From positions 1 to 64,000 of IMG/VR virus record IMGVR_UViG_3300048861_000178: a stretch of DNA of 64,000 bases. One strand, given 5' to 3'. This DNA is from a virus (Duplodnaviria > Caudoviricetes). Every line of letters starts with the position of its first letter. Positions within the stretch are counted from its first letter, which is position 1. Below, piece by piece: positions 1 to 7,985 of this stretch. Under the pieces are notes generated by a model. The model did no database searches, was not told the DNA's origin, and saw nothing but the letters and a program-made list of their open reading frames with translations. The translations under genes and the position numbers were made by a program.

Positions 1-14
1 GCTTTGCAGGCACC

Positions 15-353
15 ATGGATACGGAAAAACGCATCCAGCACGTGCAAGGCATTATGGAGCGTGAAATCTTCCCGGAACTGCGGCGCATGGGCTTGGAAGG
101 TGGCAGCCTCTTCTTTAACGTGGAAGTGTTCGGCAACACCTCGATCCAGTACAACCTGCTGTTTGGGGCGAGCTATCGGGGTAAGCGGCACTTTGCTTCA
201 TATGCCGATGCGCTCACCTCGCCGCTGGTAGCGGAATCGCGCCCGAGCAGTCTGGCGCTTTCCGCTGATCTGTACGCGGTGCTCAATGCCGCGGTGGACG
301 CCACCCACAATGACGAAGAAAGCGATCCGTTTGTGATCGGGGAGAAACCGTGA
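15..353 (+). CDS. hypothetical protein
   Basis: 112-aa ORF with phage-like codon usage, followed by a micro-ORF and a terminator. Confidence 0.7.
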   Translation: MDTEKRIQHVQGIMEREIFPELRRMGLEGGSLFFNVEVFGNTSIQYNLLFGASYRGKRHFASYADALTSPLVAESRPSSLALSADLYAVLNAAVDATHNDEESDPFVIGEKP

Positions 354-418
354 CTGAAGTAGAAACGAAAGCCAGCGCGTATCTGCATGAGTTGTTCTAC
401 CGCGGCGTGAGTGATTAA
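350..418 (+). CDS. candidate 22-aa micro-protein (MTEVETKASAYLHELFYRGVSD)
   Basis: GTG start overlaps the upstream TGA (GTGA); GGAG RBS at 341-344; ends just before the hairpin; not in the ORF track. Confidence 0.4.
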   Translation: MTEVETKASAYLHELFYRGVSD

Positions 419-423
419 ACGAC

Positions 424-479
424 GGCATAGAGCGCGCTCCCTAGGGAGCGCGCCTATGACCCCGTACCTCTTTTTTTTT
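424..479. terminator. intrinsic terminator hairpin at a convergent gene junction
   Basis: GGCATAG-AGCGCGCTCCC-TA-GGGAGCGCGC-CTATGAC followed by a T-run at 471-479. Confidence 0.8.
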
Positions 480-495
480 GTTGCTTCTTATACTT

Positions 496-705
496 CTAGC
501 ACCGACGCGAGATGTCGGTGATGCTTTGACCCATCAGCTCGCTTTCGGTGAGCGTCAAGATCTTCCCCGGACGAGTTGCGTTGCGCTGTTGTTCGAGGTA
601 GTCCAACTGACGTCGGATACGCAACTCTTCTTCGACACGCGCCAGCTTAGCTCGCTCACCCCGAGCGAACCGCCAGTGCTGGTATTGCTTAATCAGCCAT
701 CGCAT
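496..705 (-). CDS. hypothetical protein
   Basis: 69-aa ORF, last gene of the minus-strand run, GGAG-like RBS upstream. Confidence 0.55.
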   Translation of the reverse strand: MRWLIKQYQHWRFARGERAKLARVEEELRIRRQLDYLEQQRNATRPGKILTLTESELMGQSITDISRRC

Positions 706-729
706 GGTTTGGTCTCCCGGCGCGATTTG

Positions 730-1188
730 TTACACAGGTACTACTCCCCGATAAATCCCCACCGGTAAATCGATCGGTCCAAAACAGCGCTGGATGATCG
801 GCCTTACCTTGTCCCAGGGCAGATCCACGTCACCGTAACCGATTTCGTTGATCGCCATGGACGAGATGCCATGCTGATGGTAGCTGGTGGCCACTACCAT
901 CAGGCTTTCTTCAAGATACTCGAGCTTCTCTTCAGCACTGTAGCGAGAGTGCTGCTTCATCGGCATGCAGACGATCTTGCGTACGTCCGATACATCGTAG
1001 ACGAATACGCTATCGTTTTCGAAGATGCCCTTCTTCATGGCCCAGCAATACGCTTTAAAGAGTCCGGGAAAGCCATAGCGAAACGCCGCAGGCAAACCCC
1101 CGCCTCCGACGGCGTCGATGTTGATGGGCGTGAGAAGGGCCTGCTCTTCTGCACGTAATTGTTCGCGCTCTGCTTCGTAGATGATCAT
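730..1188 (-). CDS. divergent macrodomain protein (paralog of the adjacent DarG-like gene)
   Basis: Collinear with 1205-1657 (MIIY start, FPGLF, FVYDV, PxK, W..VRP.I, PI.LPVGI); start moved to ATG 1188. Confidence 0.75.
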   Translation of the reverse strand: MIIYEAEREQLRAEEQALLTPINIDAVGGGGLPAAFRYGFPGLFKAYCWAMKKGIFENDSVFVYDVSDVRKIVCMPMKQHSRYSAEEKLEYLEESLMVVATSYHQHGISSMAINEIGYGDVDLPWDKVRPIIQRCFGPIDLPVGIYRGVVPV

Positions 1189-1204
1189 CGTCGTTCCCAG
1201 CCAG

Positions 1205-1657
1205 TTAGACTGCAAAGGGGCTTAAACAAATCCCCACTGGTAACGCGATAGGGTCCAGGTACTGATAGATCAGCGGGCGCACATCTGCCCAGCCTAACTG
1301 ACCTCGCCCGCAGCCTACCTCAGGAATCGCCAGTGAGGTAATCCCGTAGTTCTCATACTCTCTCGATAGATACCAAAGACCTTCTTCAATCCATTCCAAT
1401 CTGGAAGGATGACGCCATTCTCGCTTAGTCGGCAAACACAACACCTTGCGCGAAGCGTCAACGTCGTACACGAAGAAACCACGTCGCGTAAACACCTCTT
1501 GCTGGCACGCCTCGCGGTACTCTTCAAACAGACCCGGAAAGGTACTGCGAAAAGCCAGTGCTAAGCCAGCACCCATCACACCTTGCGTGTTAACGGGATT
1601 AACGAGCGTTTGCTCCGTTACTTCAAAGATGTTACGCGGTTCATCGTAAATGATCAT
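1205..1657 (-). CDS. macrodomain ADP-ribosylglycohydrolase, DarG/TARG1 (Poa1p)-like
   Basis: Motifs LVNPVNTQGVMGAGLA, LPTKREWRHPSRLEWIEEGL and SLAIPEVGCGRGQLGW match the DarG-type macrodomain. Confidence 0.85.
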   Translation of the reverse strand: MIIYDEPRNIFEVTEQTLVNPVNTQGVMGAGLALAFRSTFPGLFEEYREACQQEVFTRRGFFVYDVDASRKVLCLPTKREWRHPSRLEWIEEGLWYLSREYENYGITSLAIPEVGCGRGQLGWADVRPLIYQYLDPIALPVGICLSPFAV

Positions 1658-1669
1658 TGACGGCCCCGG

Positions 1670-2089
1670 TTAGTGCGGTGGTGGAGTCATGCCGCCGTTC
1701 TGAGATGCCAGCCCGGCGACTCGGTCCTCTAGGGCCTTGCCTTCCTTCACCAGTGTTGCGGTCTTATCCCGCAACACCTTGTCTGCGAGCTCCAGAATAT
1801 CCAGCACCATGTGGCGCGGATAGTTCAGAAAGACATGGAGCGGATCGTGTGTCACATCCCACACGTGTCGATCGTGATATTGCCTGATGCGCTCGGCCAG
1901 ATGACTACCCGTGTATGAATCCTCACGTGAATGCATCCGGATAAGGGCTAAGGGATTCCTCTCGAAATCAGAGATGTCGTGATTGTAAATCCCAAAGTCC
2001 GTCTCGTAGCGGTGCAGCAACAACTGTCGCGTGTCGGTCACGCACATCTTGGGCGCGCTGGCAATGAGTTCGCTCAGCTTCGCGACCAC
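1670..2089 (-). CDS. phiKZ gp76-like protein; probable -1 frameshift extension of the upstream ORF
   Basis: Weak GTG start; frame stays open upstream to a TGA at 2198-2200, across the T7 slippery site; position matches phiKZ synteny (from memory). Confidence 0.7.
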   Translation of the reverse strand: MVAKLSELIASAPKMCVTDTRQLLLHRYETDFGIYNHDISDFERNPLALIRMHSREDSYTGSHLAERIRQYHDRHVWDVTHDPLHVFLNYPRHMVLDILELADKVLRDKTATLVKEGKALEDRVAGLASQNGGMTPPPH

Positions 2090-2133
2090 ATCGACATGCT
2101 CGCCAAAGAATGGGTGACCGACGTGTTTTGCAA

Positions 2134-3762
2134 CTAGCTGCGCGCCCGGATCTGCGAGACCTTCTGGTCGAGTAGGGTAAAAAAAGTTGCCATCGCATCA
2201 ATCGGCAGCAAGCGCGGCCAGCGCGGATACTTCTGTTCTTCGCTGGCAGCCACCGTCGGCACGGCGATCATCGAGACCGTCGTATCTTCGATGTACTTCA
2301 CCACTGCATCCACGAACTTGTTGCGAATCGTGTCGTCAGCGGAGAGTGCGTCGATCGTCTGGTCGATGGTTTCCGGGTCTTCGACAATCGCGCCGTTCGA
2401 GAGCTCGATCGATTCGATCCAATGCCCGTACTGACGCATGTAGGTGGCCTGGCCCTGTTCGTAGATAAAGCGGTTACGCTCATCGACGTCTTGTTCCATG
2501 CCAAACACCTGGTCCGTCATCACGACGATCCCGTTAACCCACTTCTGGCCCGAGGCGATATGCTCGGCAAGCGTCGGTACCTTCAGCGTGATCGCGACCT
2601 TATCGGTGACTTGCACCTTACGCGGCGTCTGATTCAGGAACTCCTCGCGGTACTTCTTGATCGAGTCGTCCGTCATCGAGCCGGTCGTCACCGAGGTCAT
2701 GTGGTTGATCTGCCACTTCGACAGTTGCGACGTATCGGTAAACTGCAGCTTGCCGATGGCGATCTTGTCCTTCACCACCTTGTTCTGCGCGTCGGTTTCA
2801 CCCAGCACCGAGCGCACGTACTGGAAACCCGTCGGCCAGATGGCCGTGGCCAGGCCCCACGCCAGATGCTGGATGTCGTGCGAGACGATCTTGGAGAAGA
2901 TGTTCTCCTTGTTACGCAGCGACGTGTCGTACAGATGACGGATGGCAAATTCGACCAGGTACTCGGCAATGAACACCGACGTATTGGAAAAGAGCATGCC
3001 GTTGGTCATGCGACCGAGCAGCACCTTCTCGTCGGTAATGCGACGCTCCAGCTCCAGGATAGCTGCATCACCCGGTGTCTTCAGCGTAATGTGAAAGCCC
3101 GAGTGCCACAGCGGAATGCGGATGATGCCACCCAGCCCCACTTCTTGACGCACAGCCAGCACACCGGCTTCACCGCGCAGACTGACGCCTGCCGTATCGG
3201 CTTGCTTGGGACGCGAAGCCTGAATGCCGCCGCGCTCGGACTTGACCGCTTGTTCCCACAGCGAGCCTTCGCGCACGTCGATGTCGGTGAGCATCTTGCG
3301 CGGCGTGGCATTGCGGTAGCCTGCTTGGGCCACGGCAATCCATTCGCGGCCTTCAGCCGTCGCACCCAGATCGGTATTGGGCATCTTGGCCAGCGCTTCT
3401 TGCAGCTCGTCTTCACGTGCACCCGGCACAGCCAGCGTAATGCCGTTCGAATCGAACGCCACACCCAGCGGAATGAACACGGCCTGCTCTTGCTTGACGG
3501 TCGTCGTGTCCGCTTGCGGCAAGCGCTTGGGGGTTTCTTCGACCTTCAGTTCGCTGTCTTCCTGCGGTGCTACCGGTGCATCGCCCAGCGTATCTTCGGG
3601 CAACCCACCCAGCACTTCGTGTACGCCTTCCGAGGCGTCCGGTGCAGGCGGCTGGATCGACGCCGGTTCGACTGCTGTCGTGGGCGTGCGCAGTTCGGGC
3701 GGCACGTCTGCCGCAGTGGTCACTGACGGTGTATAAATGTTGCTGTTTTCTTGACCTTCCAT
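2134..3762 (-). CDS. phiKZ gp77-like conserved protein (putative tail/baseplate assembly chaperone)
   Basis: 542 aa; IPLWHSGFHITLK and EKVLLGRMTNG blocks as remembered for phiKZ-like gp77; located upstream of the vRNAP gene. Confidence 0.75.
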   Translation of the reverse strand: MEGQENSNIYTPSVTTAADVPPELRTPTTAVEPASIQPPAPDASEGVHEVLGGLPEDTLGDAPVAPQEDSELKVEETPKRLPQADTTTVKQEQAVFIPLGVAFDSNGITLAVPGAREDELQEALAKMPNTDLGATAEGREWIAVAQAGYRNATPRKMLTDIDVREGSLWEQAVKSERGGIQASRPKQADTAGVSLRGEAGVLAVRQEVGLGGIIRIPLWHSGFHITLKTPGDAAILELERRITDEKVLLGRMTNGMLFSNTSVFIAEYLVEFAIRHLYDTSLRNKENIFSKIVSHDIQHLAWGLATAIWPTGFQYVRSVLGETDAQNKVVKDKIAIGKLQFTDTSQLSKWQINHMTSVTTGSMTDDSIKKYREEFLNQTPRKVQVTDKVAITLKVPTLAEHIASGQKWVNGIVVMTDQVFGMEQDVDERNRFIYEQGQATYMRQYGHWIESIELSNGAIVEDPETIDQTIDALSADDTIRNKFVDAVVKYIEDTTVSMIAVPTVAASEEQKYPRWPRLLPIDAMATFFTLLDQKVSQIRARS

Positions 3763-3765
3763 CGT

Positions 3766-4329
3766 TTACTCCGCCTTCGGGTTGGTCTTATCGGCCGCGG
3801 CGATCCCGGCGGCGAGCGTGTCGGTGTGCTTGCTCGACTCGGTCACTTCGACGTCCGTAATGACGTTCGGATCGAGTACGGCGGCCTTGGCGATCACGCG
3901 CTTTTCGACTTCGCTTGTGATTTCCATGATGTGCGCGAGCGTCGGTTGCACGTTCGCTTGCATGAGCGAGAGCCATGCGGTGTACTTCTCCATGATCTCA
4001 AACGAGAGCATGATGTCGTTCTCGTCGCAGCCGCCGCGCTTGTCCGAGTGCGTGCCGTAGATCATCGTGAGCTCTTGGGCGCGCTCGTTCAAGTCCTTGG
4101 TGAGGAGCTGAACGTTGCTGATCACCGTCTGGGCTTCTTGCTTGGAAATTTCCCCCTGGATGTCCGGGCGCTCGAGGATTTCCCCCACACCCAGATGCAT
4201 CAGCAGCAGGTTGCGGCATTCCGCATAGCGCTCATGCAGCTCGTCCCAGTTGCGATTCTGGCTGAGCTCGTTCTTCGCGTCCTTCTTGATCGCGTCGCGC
4301 ATCAGCCGACCCTGACTCTTCTTCGTCAT
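3766..4329 (-). CDS. hypothetical helical protein (gp78 position)
   Basis: Strong codon bias, abuts the gp77-like gene; ATG 4329 preferred over TTG 4341. Confidence 0.75.
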   Translation of the reverse strand: MTKKSQGRLMRDAIKKDAKNELSQNRNWDELHERYAECRNLLLMHLGVGEILERPDIQGEISKQEAQTVISNVQLLTKDLNERAQELTMIYGTHSDKRGGCDENDIMLSFEIMEKYTAWLSLMQANVQPTLAHIMEITSEVEKRVIAKAAVLDPNVITDVEVTESSKHTDTLAAGIAAADKTNPKAE

Positions 4330-4531
4330 GCTAAACCCCAAATACCGTTTTAAATGTTAAGTGCTATCGGATAGCTCAATCATCTGACTATCCTCGAAAA
4401 GAACGACCCCGTTGTGTGGTTCGATTTCACAGAGGACTGTAGCTTCCGATGACGTAATCGCCTGATTGCGAACATGTTAGCTACAGCATGGCGACCGCAA
4501 GTAATTTCTTACAGGGTTTCTGGAGCACCGC

Positions 4532-5398
4532 ATGCTCGATATTCTTCGCGACTATCTGGTGGAAGCGACGTCCCCCGAGAACGTCGACGCCATCGAGAAG
4601 GCTCATGAAGCCTTCGACCGAATTGGGTTGCAAGATTACAACCCCGGATTTGAACAGCTGTTAATGATCAATGATGAGTCCGATCAGGGCGATACGCTCG
4701 GCGGGATTATCGACCTTACCAAGAGTCTCGCCAATGGGATTCTTAAGCAGCACAGCGTCACCGTGAGCGATGAGGCGACAGTGAGTATCCTGACGGAATT
4801 CATCGACGCCTTGGTGGAGCTGCAACAAGCCTCGGATCACATCCCGGAGATCCTCAAGATCTGTGCCCAGAAGCACGACCCCGAGGAGCTCTTCAGTGAG
4901 CTAGTAGCACTCGTCGGTAGCCAAGAAGCCGAGCACTATCTGGTCGATCTCGTCTATGTCTCAGACGCTTTGATCTCCCGGATCGAAGAGCTTGCGCGCT
5001 CGCAAGAGTTTGGCACCCACAATGAGGAAGATAGCGAACGCGAATTCCGTGAAGCTCGCATCACGCGCTTTAATCGCTTCATGCACTTTCTCACGGACCC
5101 GGAACTGGCGATCTCAAAGATTGCTCACATGGGCATCGACGCGGGTTACCCGTACGTGGTCTATGCCAACATGATCGGCCGGGAGTTCGAGGAGCTCGAT
5201 GCGACGACTGCTGCGCAGAACATGCTCGGCATGGCCTTCTACTCGGGTGACGGGTTTGGCAATCCGCAAGGCGTCATCAAGACCGAGATGGATAACCTGG
5301 TCTCGGATGTGAACAAGATCACGCAGATCGACATCGCCGTGAGTGACTTGATTGTGCGCTTCCAAGCGTACGAGAGTCGGCTCGACACGACGGCGTGA
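4532..5398 (+). CDS. phiKZ gp79-like protein
   Basis: 288-aa acidic ORF with GGAG RBS, immediately upstream of the RNAP beta-prime gene. Confidence 0.7.
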   Translation: MLDILRDYLVEATSPENVDAIEKAHEAFDRIGLQDYNPGFEQLLMINDESDQGDTLGGIIDLTKSLANGILKQHSVTVSDEATVSILTEFIDALVELQQASDHIPEILKICAQKHDPEELFSELVALVGSQEAEHYLVDLVYVSDALISRIEELARSQEFGTHNEEDSEREFREARITRFNRFMHFLTDPELAISKIAHMGIDAGYPYVVYANMIGREFEELDATTAAQNMLGMAFYSGDGFGNPQGVIKTEMDNLVSDVNKITQIDIAVSDLIVRFQAYESRLDTTA

Positions 5399-5406
5399 GG
5401 TGAACC

Positions 5407-6783
5407 ATGAAGAAACACGACTACTTTATCGCGGCGATGCAAGCGCAGATGTTTCGTCGACGCGCGTGGGTCATCTCCGCGTTCTCGATCATCAACGAAG
5501 GCCCGGAAGACTACCAGAAAGACATGTACCCGTATCGCATCGTGCAGACGCGTACCGGGTACTTCTTCGTCAATCCGGAGAACACCAACGAACTGTTGCC
5601 GCTGGAAGATTGTGATCCCGCGATTGCCCCGTTCAATCACAAGGACAAGTTCCTGCTGCAGGCTGGGCAGATTCCGAACTACACGGAGTCGACCCCGCAC
5701 CCCACGACCTACGGCCAGTACTTCTTTAACTGGGTGATCGTCGCCTATCCTTTCGGCAACAAGATCCCTTACCTCTCGGGTCGCATTAGCCCAGGGGCGA
5801 TCGAGAAGATGGTGCTGCCGCGCTTGCAGGATGATCCGACGCCCAATGCCCAAATGGTGCTCGCCGCCAATGCGGCTGTTGCGGATCAGACGGGTTCACC
5901 CGTGCTGGATATGGGTGACCCGCGTAAGCTACCCATCTACGTGAAAGAGTACCTGGTGATGGCGGACGCCGCTTTCTACCTGGCAGGCTTCACGCAGTTG
6001 TGGGTCCCGGCCGCAACCCGCAAAGCGATGACTGCACCCCCTGGCTTGGCGGAGCTTAAAGCACGGTTGCTCGAGCAGTACAAGGATAAGCTGCATGATC
6101 CAGCGGTGATTGCCAAGATCGACGCCGAGCTGATCAAGTTCGACTCCGAGTACCTGAAGGGTGACGATGCAGAAGGTTTCCTGATCGAGAACAAGTCCCG
6201 TAAGGTGGTGCGTCGTAAGCTCTTCCTGATGACGGGTGCTGAAGCCGGGCTGGATGACGGCATTGATGTGGACTTGATCCAGAACTCCCTGTCAGAAGGC
6301 TGGGACATCAACAAGTTCCCGATCATGAACGACTCATTGCGCGCCGGTTCGTACAATCGGGGTGCCGAGACGATGCTCGGGGGTGAGGCCGTGAAGTGGC
6401 TGCTGCGGGCCTCGTCGAACATGATGGTCACGCAAGAAGACTGTCAGTCGACCCTCGGTAATCCGGTGGCGCTCTCGGACGAGAACAAGAAGAAGTACAT
6501 GGGCTTTAGTGTAGTGACCGATGGCGGCAGCGAAAAGCTCACCGATGAAACCATTGGCAACTACCTCGGCAAGAAGGTGATGATTCGCTCACCAATGTTC
6601 TGTCGCCTGGAGAAGACCGATTACTGCGCTGTGTGCGTGGGGCCGCGTCTATCCATGAATCCCACCGCACTTTCTTCAGCGGTCTCGGAATACGGTTCGA
6701 AGTTCATGCTGTTGTTCATGAAGAAGATGCACGGCACGCAGCTCGCGCTCGCCCACATGGACTACAAGACAGCCATCCAGTAA
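5407..6783 (+). CDS. virion RNA polymerase beta-prime subunit, C-terminal part (phiKZ gp80-like)
   Basis: Bridge-helix-like GSYNRGAETMLGGEAVKWLLR, EDC, and Zn site IRSPMFC...YCAVCVG homologous to RpoC RSP..C...C..CYG. Confidence 0.9.
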   Translation: MKKHDYFIAAMQAQMFRRRAWVISAFSIINEGPEDYQKDMYPYRIVQTRTGYFFVNPENTNELLPLEDCDPAIAPFNHKDKFLLQAGQIPNYTESTPHPTTYGQYFFNWVIVAYPFGNKIPYLSGRISPGAIEKMVLPRLQDDPTPNAQMVLAANAAVADQTGSPVLDMGDPRKLPIYVKEYLVMADAAFYLAGFTQLWVPAATRKAMTAPPGLAELKARLLEQYKDKLHDPAVIAKIDAELIKFDSEYLKGDDAEGFLIENKSRKVVRRKLFLMTGAEAGLDDGIDVDLIQNSLSEGWDINKFPIMNDSLRAGSYNRGAETMLGGEAVKWLLRASSNMMVTQEDCQSTLGNPVALSDENKKKYMGFSVVTDGGSEKLTDETIGNYLGKKVMIRSPMFCRLEKTDYCAVCVGPRLSMNPTALSSAVSEYGSKFMLLFMKKMHGTQLALAHMDYKTAIQ

Positions 6784-6794
6784 GGAAGCTAATC

Positions 6795-7889
6795 ATGGGT
6801 AATATTCCTGTTGCACGTGTTCTTTATGAGAAGGAAGACGGCACGAAGGCCTACTATGTTTTGCAGGCGGGCGAATCGCACGATCCGGCAACGGGTTTGA
6901 TTCAGCCTGCTGGTCTGTCCGTTCTCGACGCCGCCAAGCGCCTGGACTTTACGCCGAATAACGGCTTGGTCAACGCGGCTGAACCGGCGGGAAACGCAAG
7001 TGCATCTGTCGACGTTGGCACGACGACCTCGGATGCTGCTGGTACCGATAACGGGAGTGCTGATGAATCCCAGTCCGTTTCAGGCGGTAGTGAACCGCAA
7101 AGTTCCGGTGTCAGTGAAGGTGACGCCATCCAAGCAACCAACCCCTCCGAAGGAGAAGAAGTGAGCACGCAAGACAATCAACCCCAGGACGAAGTGCAGC
7201 AACCGAACGAAGAGCAAGCCGCTAACGGCGTACTCAAGATCGAAACCATCACACCTGCACCGCAAGCCGCCCCGCAATCGACCGGCGTGTCCGGCACTGT
7301 GACCCAGACTGGTCCGTCGCAATCGGGCGCGGCTCAGATCGCTCCGGCGGTTCCGGTCGCTCCGGCCGCCCCTGCTACGGCAGCAGTCGTGACCGAAACG
7401 CCGGTGAAGCCCGCAGCCCCCGTGCTCGCCGAAATCGATGCGCTCATCGAGAAGGCCAAAGAAGAAGCCAGCACCTACGGCAAGATGGTGCTCGAGCAAC
7501 TGAAGGGCTACATCGACAGCATGGCACCGAAGAAGCTCCTGTCGACCGCTGACACGGTGCGCTGGCAAGTGCAGCTCTATCGCGTGCTGAGCAACACGGT
7601 CAACCGTCTGGACGACGACTTCTTCCTCGTCTGGGGCACGATCCTCAAGGCCTTCCATAGCCAGAAGGACGGCGTGTTCCACGAATCGTACGTGTTCCGT
7701 GCGATGGAGCATGTCACGCTCTCGAAGGAAGATCAGGCGGCCTTCCAGCGTCTGCTGAACCTGGTCAAACTCACGGCCAATCCGCAAGGTCGTCAGGCTG
7801 CCACGCGCCAAGTCGACTTCAAGAAGACGCTCGAATTCGGCGTGAACGAAGCAGGCAAACAGAAGCTCTTCAACTTCTACAACGTCTGA
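6795..7889 (+). CDS. hypothetical (likely virion) protein with low-complexity linker and helical C-terminal domain
   Basis: ATG 6795 after AAGGAAG; highly expressed-type codon usage; paralogous to the next gene. Confidence 0.75.
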   Translation: MGNIPVARVLYEKEDGTKAYYVLQAGESHDPATGLIQPAGLSVLDAAKRLDFTPNNGLVNAAEPAGNASASVDVGTTTSDAAGTDNGSADESQSVSGGSEPQSSGVSEGDAIQATNPSEGEEVSTQDNQPQDEVQQPNEEQAANGVLKIETITPAPQAAPQSTGVSGTVTQTGPSQSGAAQIAPAVPVAPAAPATAAVVTETPVKPAAPVLAEIDALIEKAKEEASTYGKMVLEQLKGYIDSMAPKKLLSTADTVRWQVQLYRVLSNTVNRLDDDFFLVWGTILKAFHSQKDGVFHESYVFRAMEHVTLSKEDQAAFQRLLNLVKLTANPQGRQAATRQVDFKKTLEFGVNEAGKQKLFNFYNV

Positions 7890-7905
7890 TCCTAGACGGG
7901 TTACA

Positions 7906-7960
7906 AGCATAAGCAAAATAAACTTCCAGCGCTCCAATTCTATGGAGCGCTGCTTATGCT
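7906..7960. promoter_or_regulatory. intergenic hairpin containing a late-promoter-like ATTCTATG
   Basis: AGCATAAGC/GCTTATGCT outer stem, CAGCGCTCCA/TGGAGCGCTG inner stem, ATTCTATG at 7937-7944. Confidence 0.55.
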
Positions 7961-7985
7961 CCATAACCCAACCAGGAGAGTAGTA

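Noticed and set aside
4365-4440. Possible tRNA gene (TAGCTCAAT...GGTTCGATT)
   Set aside because: Acceptor and anticodon stems do not pair in cloverleaf register and there is no CCA; kept only as a structured-RNA lead
4445-4475. Hammerhead-like core (CCGATGA-stem-GAAC)
   Set aside because: Deviates from the required CUGANGA and GAAA, and no stem III or NUH site is evident
5407-6783. Intein or intron in the RNAP subunit
   Set aside because: The ORF is continuous at the expected size, with no intein terminal motifs or embedded endonuclease
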